NCBI GenBank assembly: GCA_964499705.1
Contig: CAZCME010000015.1
Coordinates: 62,001-99,556, forward strand
Reading direction: 5' to 3'
DNA: 37,556 bases
Source: an uncultured bacterium
GTDB lineage: Bacteria; UBA8481
Below, piece after piece: positions 1-9,000 of the stretch. Below the pieces are notes generated by a model. That model made no database searches. It saw nothing but the letters and a program-made list of their open reading frames with translations, and had not been told where the DNA came from. The first letter of the stretch is position 1; each line of letters starts with the position of its first letter. Made by a program: the position numbers and the translations under genes.

Positions 1-3000
1 AAGCGGAATCGAGAGCTGCGGCCTTTCGGGCGAGAGTAACGACGCGGCCGTGATCTTCCGGCCCGCGGCCTGAATCGAGAGGACCACGTGCTTGATCGCG
101 GCCTCGGTCTGATAGGCCTCCGCCGCGAAATAGAGCGCGCGAGACTGCGCGTCGCGCAATTGCTGAGCGATCGCCTCCTTTTCCGCGGGAGCGGCATTCT
201 CGTGCGCCTCTTTCAAGCGGATGATTTCCCGCAGGTTTTCTTCGTACAACCTGTTCCGTGCGGCCCATTCGATGTTTTCGTTGTCGACTCGCGCGCCCGC
301 CAGTTCCTTCGCGCGCGCCTCGGCCTCGGCGCGCAGCTCCGCCTCGAAGCGCGATATCTTCCCGTTGGCTTCCTTGACCATTCCTTCGATCCGGTCGAGC
401 CGCGCGTTGAGATCCGCTCGCTGCGCTTCCGGTATGTTCTCCAGGATCGTTCGGCGATGCTCGCCCCATTGCCGGTCGTTCAGATATTTTCTTGCGGCCA
501 TGTATCCGAAATCGTCCTGGCGCGCGATATCGTCCTTGCCGCCGCGGAAGAGGTCGAAGACGGGATTCGTGTAGAAGTTGACGTCGAGAGTTCCTGCCGA
601 TTCCTTGCCGCCCAGCTCGAGCGCGCGGCCCCAGCGCGAGCCGAACCGCGCGTTGAAGAGGATGACCGCGAGCTCGGCCTTCGGCCCGTAGAACGAGAGG
701 TCGTAATCGCTCGTCAGGTTCGACGATCCGAACGCCTTCACGCTCGCCTCGCCGAACGATTCCTTCAGTTCCTTCACGATCTCGGCCGCGAGATCGTCGA
801 TGACCTCCTTCCGGAGATTGAAGACCGCGCGCATCTGCGCGTCCGAGACGTCGTGATGGAGAAACGCCTTCTTCAGGGCGTTCCACGATCCGCCGTACTG
901 TTCCATCAGACGCCGCACCGGCAAATATTCGTCCGTGAGGAATCGGTCGAATATCTCCATCGCGTCCCGCGTCTGAGAGACGCGGCCCTGTCCCTGTTCG
1001 CCGCCGATGTGGGAGGCGCGGAGCATGGCGACGGTGAGGAGATTTCCGATGAAGTCATCCTGCGTGATCTGGTTTCCCGAGAGCAGGCGGTTGAGGCCGG
1101 TCAGGAGCGCGGCTTCGCCGGTGGCGGTGATCGAGCCCGCGGCGGCACGGAAGAGCGCTTCCGCGCCCTCGGACGAGATGCGATCGCCGATCGCGCGGCG
1201 GATCCCTTCCTGCCCGAGCCGCATCGCGCCGCCGCCGAGGTTCAATGCGGATATGACGGCCGCGTTGTGGAGGAACTCCGATCCGAGCGCGCGCATCGAC
1301 CAGAGCCTGTCGTCGAGGATCATCTCGGGATTGATGGCGGTCCGCGCGCCGCGCGAGAGCGCCGTGAAGAGCGCCGCTTCGAGCGTTTTCTCCGCGCCCC
1401 ACGTCGCGATATACGCCGCGCCCGTTCGCGACACGAGATACCGTGCCGTGACCTTGATGCCCTCACGCTGGATGATCTCGCCCAGCGCCACGCGTCCGAA
1501 CGCGCCGGCGGCGAAGCGCCCGGAAATTCCGCCGGGAAGGACGACGGTCGCCGCGAGCTCGGCGGCGAACGCGGCGTTGACGTACTTGTCGATCGCCGCG
1601 AGCTTGCCTTCGTTCGCGAGCTCCGCCGCGGCTTTCGTGGGTTCCAAGGTGATCTCGCTCGGGATCCGATATCGCCCGTTCACGATGAAGCCGCGCTCCT
1701 CGAGGAATGCGCGATCGGCCTCCGCCAAGGCATCGACGGGCCGATACGCGGCGCGGATGAGCACCTGGTGGAGCTGAGCGATATCGTCGGATGCGGCGAG
1801 CAGTTCCTTCGCCGTCTCCTCGTGATACAGGCCGATCCGCGCGCCGCGCACCGGCCCGCGCCGATACCACGGCACGTCGAGATAATTGACGTAGGCTTCG
1901 TATTGCCCCGCGAGCGATGCCTCGCGAAGCTGGACGAGCGCAAGGAATCCCTTCTGGGGATCGTTTTCGCGCCGGGAAGCATCGAGGTCGTCGCGGAGCC
2001 ACTGGAGTCGATTCTCCGCGACGCGGCCCTGCTGCGCCTTCGCCATCTCGATCTCGGCCTTTCCGAGTCCCGACAATTCCGGGAACAGGAGAGGCGAAAT
2101 GTTTTCACCCGCCGCCTTCCACCGCGCGGCCTCCTGCGAAAGGATCGCGTTGTACCGGCCGCGCTTTTCGTCGATCGTCAGGTGCGGATTCTCCATCACG
2201 AGTTCGAGTCTCCGCCGCTCGTAGTAATGGATCTCGTCCTCCAGCATGTGGAGATCCCGCTGCCGGTCCTTGTCGTCGCCGGACAATTCTGTGAACTTCC
2301 GCCAGCCGCTCGCGCCCCGCCACCGTCCGCGAACGCCGTATGATACCTCCCGCGCGTTCTGGTTCGTGAAGCCGTTCAGGTCGCGATCGATGCGCCAGAG
2401 CTCCCACTCGAGCGCCGTCCGGTGCTCGTCGTTGTATCCGACCTTCTCCGTGATCATCTGCCGGCCCGAGCGCGCGATGTGATAATCCGCGGCGGCGTCG
2501 CGCTCCGCGCGGAGCGCGTTCAGGCGTCCGAGTTTCTCGTCGAGAGCGCGTCGCCGTTCCGGTTCCTCCATCGTCTTTCCGAGATTCGCGAATCCGGTTC
2601 GGATCTCTTCCTCGAGAGCGCGGATTCTGGTCGAGATATCCGCTTCAGCGGTGGCGAGATCCCCCAGTGATAGCCCGGCTTCGTAATGGATCCGCGCCAG
2701 CGCGCGATGATCGCGGAGGAAATCGATATACCGATCCTGCTCCGCGTTGAACTGTTTCTCGGTGACCGTGCCGGCCGCCTGACCTTCCCGCCGCTCGCGC
2801 AGATTCATGGCGGCGCGCGCGAGCAGATTCTCCTCGCCGTCCAGCGTCGTACGGACGCGGCGCCGCACCTCGTTACCGGTGGCGCGGAGGAAATCGTTCG
2901 CGGCGTTCTTCTGTGTTTCCGTCAGCGAGGGATCGTTCAGCCGGGCGCGCACAAGTTGGATGATCGTGTTGATCTCGCCGTATCCGCGGAGATATCCAAC

Positions 3001-6000
3001 GCGGTCGGCGGCGGCATCGAGTGCGTCCATCTGTTTCGCGAGCGCGCGGCCCGCGAGATCGAGGCGGCCCGCCTGCAGCGCTTCGCGGGCGAGAGCCGTG
3101 TATCCGCCGGGAGGAGGGGCGCTGCCTTCGAGCGCGCGTTTCCAGGCGCCGAACTGCGCCTCGCGGAGCGCGGCCGTGGCGAGGGCAGTGGTGAGCGCGA
3201 GACGCGATGCTTCGTCGAGATTATTCGCGGACTCCAGACGCCGCCTCGCGTCCGCGAGGAGTTCCGCGGCCCGCGCGTCGGAACCTTCGCCGGCAGGAGC
3301 GCGCCGCAGCGCCTCGACACGAGCGAGCGCGGTCTGCACGCCCAGCGCTTCGCGGGCGCGAGGGGAGAGGCCTTCGACGCGGTCGAGCACGGAAAGTATA
3401 TTTTCGAGCGAGCGATCGTCCAGCTGCTGGGAGAGGCGTTCCGCGAGGATCGCCACGGCGGCGGCACGGGCTTCCGCCGGCATCCTGTTCAGCGCGGCGA
3501 GCAGTTCCGAGGCCGGCAGGTTCGCGGCGTCGAAGGCGAGGCGATTTCCCAGAAGGAGCGGATCGTCGGGAGACATGCGGATCGCCTCGTCGAATACCCG
3601 CTTTGCCGCCTCGCGATTGTTCCCTTCGAGATGAAAGCGAGAAAGCTCGAGCGCGGCCGCGGCACGTTTCGCCGCATCCGGTTCCGCGCGCATCCATTCC
3701 TCGAGCACGCGCTTCCTCTCGTCCGCGAGCGCTTCCTTCCGTCCCAGCGTCGTCCGCTCCCCGTCGGTCACGGCGTCGTAAACCTGTTCCGCGGTACGGA
3801 GGAGCGATGCCAGCAGCCGCGCGCGCACGGCGCGCGAGGCGTCATCAGGACCCTGGAGATTGCGGAGCAATGCGAGCGCCTCGGTGAGTTTTCCGAGCCC
3901 GGTCAGTGCGCGGACTTCACGGACACCCGCGTCGAAGGCATGTTCCAGGAGCGCGTCGCGTTCCGGCCCGGATCCCGCCGCCAGGCGGCCGGCCGTGATG
4001 CGGCGAAGCGCGTACGCCTCGCGCAGACGTTCGAGGATAAGTCGCCGCTCGTCGTCCGTCGCGGTTTCCGGCAGTGATTCGAGCAGGCGCTCGAGAGCGA
4101 GCGACGATGCCGTGGCGGCGGAAAGTCCGCGCGCGCCGTCGCGCGATTCGACGGCTTTCGTCAGACGATCGTGGAGAATCTCGATGCGACGAAGTATGGG
4201 TTTCCAATCGCGCGAGTCGGAAGCAAGGGCTCGGAGAGACAGCAGGGAAGAGAGATGCGCGAGTTCGTCCTCCATCCGCCCCTCGCGCTCGGCGACTGAC
4301 GCCTTCTCGCCGAATTCGCGCCCGAGCTCGCCGATGATCGCATCGAGCCGCTCGCGCAGCAACTTTCGCGTGGGGCCGTTCACGCCCCAGGCGCGCGCGG
4401 CCTCCTTGTCGCCCAGGAGGAGCCCGAGTAGTTCGGCTTGCGAAAGGCGGATCGTCCGCCGGCCGTCCGCGTCCGGTCCGCGCGCCGATTCCTCGAAGAG
4501 CTCGCTCACGAAGCGCGCGGGTGTCACGGTGCCTTCGCCGCGGAGCCTGGCGAGAACGCGGACGAGCACGGCCGCGACACGATCCTCGCCGAACTTGTCC
4601 GCGAGCTGCATCACCAACTGCGGCAGAATCTCGCGCGATTGCGGCGACTGGCCGAGGAACTCGACGAGATTCGCGCGGATCCATTCGCGCAGACGCGCGC
4701 GCGGATCTATGAGCGTTGATGTGTCGGAGGGCGGAGCCTCGCCCGAAGCACGCGCGACCGCGGCTTCGCTCTGAGGAGGATGAGGAGCCGAATCCGTCGG
4801 TTCCGGCGCGGGCGGGGGAGAGGCGGGAGGTCGCTCGGGTGTCGTCCCGGGCCCCGAGGCGCGCGTGTCGCGCGCGGTTGTCGCCGGCGGAGGTGTCGTC
4901 GGTGCGGGTGATCTTTCTCCTGTCGGACCTGGCGGCGGCCGCGGTCTTTCGGGTGTCGGCGGCGGCGCCTCGGCCGGCTTTGTATCGCGCGATGTGGTCG
5001 GCGGTGGAACCGGCGTCTCGCGCGGACGTTCCGTTGTCGGCGCCGGCGTTGTCGCCGCGCGTTCGCTCGCGCGATCACCCGGCTTTACTTCGGCTTTTTC
5101 GGGAAGTCTCTCCGCGAGCCTGCGCGCCGCCTCCCACGCGATATCGCGATCGGCTGCCTCGCGCAGCGCGCGCTCATGGTCCCCTTCGAAAGCGCGCTCC
5201 GTCTTCTCTTCCTGCGTATTCCTGATGACACGATCGAGCGCGGCGATCTGCCTCGACAGCTCGTCGCTCTGCTTGCCCAGCCGCTCGCCGCGCGCATCGT
5301 CCTGCGCCACGCGCTCATCCCGTTCTCTCCGCGCGCGGGCGGCCTCGACATCCATCAGATCGCGCTGGAGCCGATTTCGCCGCTCCCGCAGATCGTCGAG
5401 ATTATTTTCGGATACGCGGCGTCCGGAGCGCGCGAGCTCGGCGAGATGTCTGTCGTTCTCCGCGATCCTGTCGATCCGATCCTGCTCCGGCATGGACACG
5501 ACCTCCGTGGTCGGCGCCGAGGGCCGTTCAACCGGCGCGGGTGTTCTCTCAGCGCGACGTTCCTCCTCCTCCTGTCGTCGCGCCGCGCCGGCCTCGCGCG
5601 CCCATCCGTCCCACATCCGCGCACGGCTCGCCTCGCGTTTCTTCTCGGCTTCGAGGTAGGCTTCCTCGCGCTTCTTTTCGTCCTCGAGCCGCGTGACGCG
5701 CTCGGTCTGCGCGGAATCCCTCTGCGGCACCGCGCGCAACTTCGCCAGCTCCACCTCGCGCTGCCGCGCTCTCTCTGCACGCCACGCCTCGAATCCTCCC
5801 TCGGCCGCAGCTTTCTCCCTCGCATCGGCGTCGGCCTGCCGCGCCGCATGATCCGCGCGGATGCGCTCCGCGTTCGCGCGATCCCGCGCCTCCTCGCGCT
5901 GAAGCGCTTCGGGGTCGAGCCTTTCGCGCGGTTCGAGCTTCACCGGAGGACGATCCAGTTCCGGCGGCCGGTTCCGTGCCGCTTCCCTCTCGACCTCCTC

Positions 6001-9000
6001 GGCGGCGCGCCGGGCTTCCTCCTTCAGCTTGTTCTCTTCCACCGTCTGCGCCGCGCGTCCGAATGCGCCCGCCCACTGCGGAGCCGCATCCACGCGATAG
6101 CGTCCTTCGTCGTCGACGTGTCCGCGGAAGCCCGAACGGGAAAGATTCTCCTGCGCTTCGCGACTCCTGCGCCGCGCCTCGATGATCCGCGCGTTGATCG
6201 ATCGCTCGTGCTCGGATATTTCGTCGGGGGTCAAGCCAAGATCGCCGCCGTATGTCCGCCCTTCGCCTGTCGGCTTCGAGAGCTGGTCGCGGACTTCCTC
6301 GAGCGAACGGATCCGGCCTTCCTCCTCGGAGACCGCCCGCGCGTCGCGCTCGAATCCGTTCACGTGGCGGCGCATCGCGTCCGGATCCACATTGCCGTCC
6401 GCGTCGATCATGTCGCCGTAGCCCTTGTTATAGTCGCGCACGGAATTGTGAGCGACATCGCCCATCGCGCTGTATCGCCCGATGCTGTTGTAGTCGATCA
6501 TCCGCCCGCGCACATCGTTCTCCATCGCGTCGGCTTCGCGCTGGAGCCGGCGGAAGTCCCGGTCCGCTTCGTTCGCCGCGAACTCGGCGTCCGCGAGCTT
6601 CCGTTCGAGCTCCTGGATTTCCGAGTATGGCCGGCCGTTGCGGCGGGCATCTTCGATCTTCTGCTTGAGGCCTCGCTCGCCTCCATTGCGTTGATCGTTA
6701 TCCGCCTCAGTCCGGGCCTTCTCGCGCGCGTTCATCGCCACGTTCATTTTCCTCTGGGTCTCCTGAAGGTCGGCGCTTCTCCGCTCGATCTCCGCGCGGT
6801 CCCGATCGAGCGCGCGGAGCGCGTCGGACCGCTCTAGCCCCTGCACACCGCCTTCGCCTACGCGATCGCGCGCATCCTGGATATCGGCCGAAGCTTTTCC
6901 TAGCCGGTCGCTGCGATTTTTCAGATCGTCCGATGAATAGGATCCGAATCCAGGATCGTCGCCGCCCGGCATCGTGCGGCTCGTGTTGCGGAAGAACGAT
7001 CCCCAGTCCTCGAACGATCCGCCCTGCTTCTCCACCAGCTTGCCGTATTCCGCCGCCGCGTCGCGTTCCAGACCGTTGACACGTGCCGTGAACGGTTTCC
7101 AACCCGTCCATGGTCCGGCATCTCCATCCGGAAGCCGCTTTCCTTCTTCTTCCCAGTTCCGCAGTCCACGCAGTTCGCGCTTTTCGTCGTCGGATATTTT
7201 TCCGGATTTTTCGAGCTTCTCCAGGCGTTCGTATCTTTCCACGACACGCTCCCGTTCCGTCCGCTGCGCTCGATCCATGGCGCGGTTGATATCCCGCAGT
7301 TCCTGAGCTTCATCCTCCGTCATCGGACGGTTATTGCGCCGCTTCTCGTCCAGCTCCTGATATCGCTCGTACACGCGATCCAATTCCTGCCGGGCCTCTT
7401 CCGCCTTCTGCCGCGCCGCCCGCGCGCGCCGTTCCTCGGGCGTCAATCCCACGCCGCGATCGAGCCGGTCCTCATACGACTCACGATCCCGATCGAAATC
7501 GCGGATCTCGCGCTCGAACTTCTGAGCGGCCTTGTCCGCCTTGACGCCATCCTTCGCGCGCTGAACGCGTCTCTGCTGGAGCTGGGCGCGCTGTTCACGG
7601 AGCGTCCGGCATTCCGGGGTCGCGCAGTTCCGGTCGCGCTCACGCATCTCCTGCTCCGCCTTCCGCAGATCCTTGTCGAGCTGGTCGTCGTCTCGCTCCG
7701 CCTTCTCGCGCCGGTCGCGTTCTTCGCGGATCTTGTCGCGATCGCGCTCGAGCCGCTCGCGTTCCTTCTGCAACCGCTCCTGTTCGCGCGCGTTCCGCTC
7801 GCGTTCAGGATTTCGCCGCCGCCGTTCCCGCTCCTCGTCCAGCTTCTTCTTCTTCGCGTCGATCTCCTCCTGGATTTTACGGAGCTCCTCATCGATCTTC
7901 GCATCCTCTTCATCCTTCTGCCGCTGGATCTCGTCCAGAATTTCCTGCGGCAACGGCGTCGTGTCCAGATCGTCCTCGTCCTCGTCGGGAGGTTTCGGGG
8001 AAAATCCGCAGATCTCGACCTGCCGGAGCCCGCGACCGTCGCCCGGATCCCAAAGGACAACGCGCGAGGCGCCGCCGCACTCGGCCGCGCCATCCGAACA
8101 TCCGCATCCCATGTGGCCGCAGCCGCACGACGGCGGCGGAGTCGCGTCGGGATCGCAGATCGTCGCAAGCGTTAGTCCGCGCCCGTCGCCCCGATCCCAC
8201 AACACCTGCTTCGTCCGCCCCTTGCACTGGTTCTCCTCGCTGCACCCGCATCCGAAATGCCCGCAATGGCATTTGAGGGGAGGCTTGCCGCCGCAGAGCT
8301 GGATCAGTCGATGCTGGCCGTCGACATCGACTCCGTAGGCCGATTGCGAGTTGCCCTTGCATTCGCCGTCGGTCGCGCAATTGCAATCGCGGAAACCGCA
8401 CTTGCACTTCGGAGGATCGGACGGCCCGCAGAGCTCGACGGAACGAAGGCCCATTCCATCGCCCTTGTCCCACAAGGCGCCGTGTTTCTGATTCCCGCAC
8501 GCCATGTCCGTCTTGCAGACGCATCCCATGCCGTTGCATCCGCATATACGATCAGGACAAGCTTGAACCACCGGAGCGATGAAAACGCCTTCGGTGATCT
8601 TGATCCACGCGTCCTTGACGACATTTGTGACGCAGAACTCGCGTCGCTCGATGAACTTGATTCCACCCGGCGGCGCGGTCGGAGCCGGCTGAGAAGTCGC
8701 CACGGCGACGGTGGGCAGTGACACCGTGGGAGAAGGAGTCGTGGTCTTGGGTGACGAGGATGCGGGAGCAGGAGCCGGTTCCGATGGTTTGGCCTCGTTG
8801 CAGCATTCGCCGAGCGGATACCCGTGGATGCAGACATTGCTCGGTGTCGAAGATGCCGGCGAAGAAGACGTGGACGCGGCAGCGGCGTCGCGAGCGCGCT
8901 TCTCCTCGAGGCTCGCCGCGGATGCGCCGGCCACCTGCGCCGCGATATCCGCCGCGGATGTCGCGGGTGGGAGCGCGGCCGGAGTTGTCGCCGTCGCGGG

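Noticed and set aside
88-6837. Long + strand ORFs 88-2343 (751 aa), 2686-4077 (463 aa) and 5176-6837 (553 aa)
   Set aside because: They are codon-aligned antisense shadows of the giant minus-strand gene. Their translations (rich in L/V/R/D/H, no motifs) are typical of reverse-complemented high-GC coding DNA.
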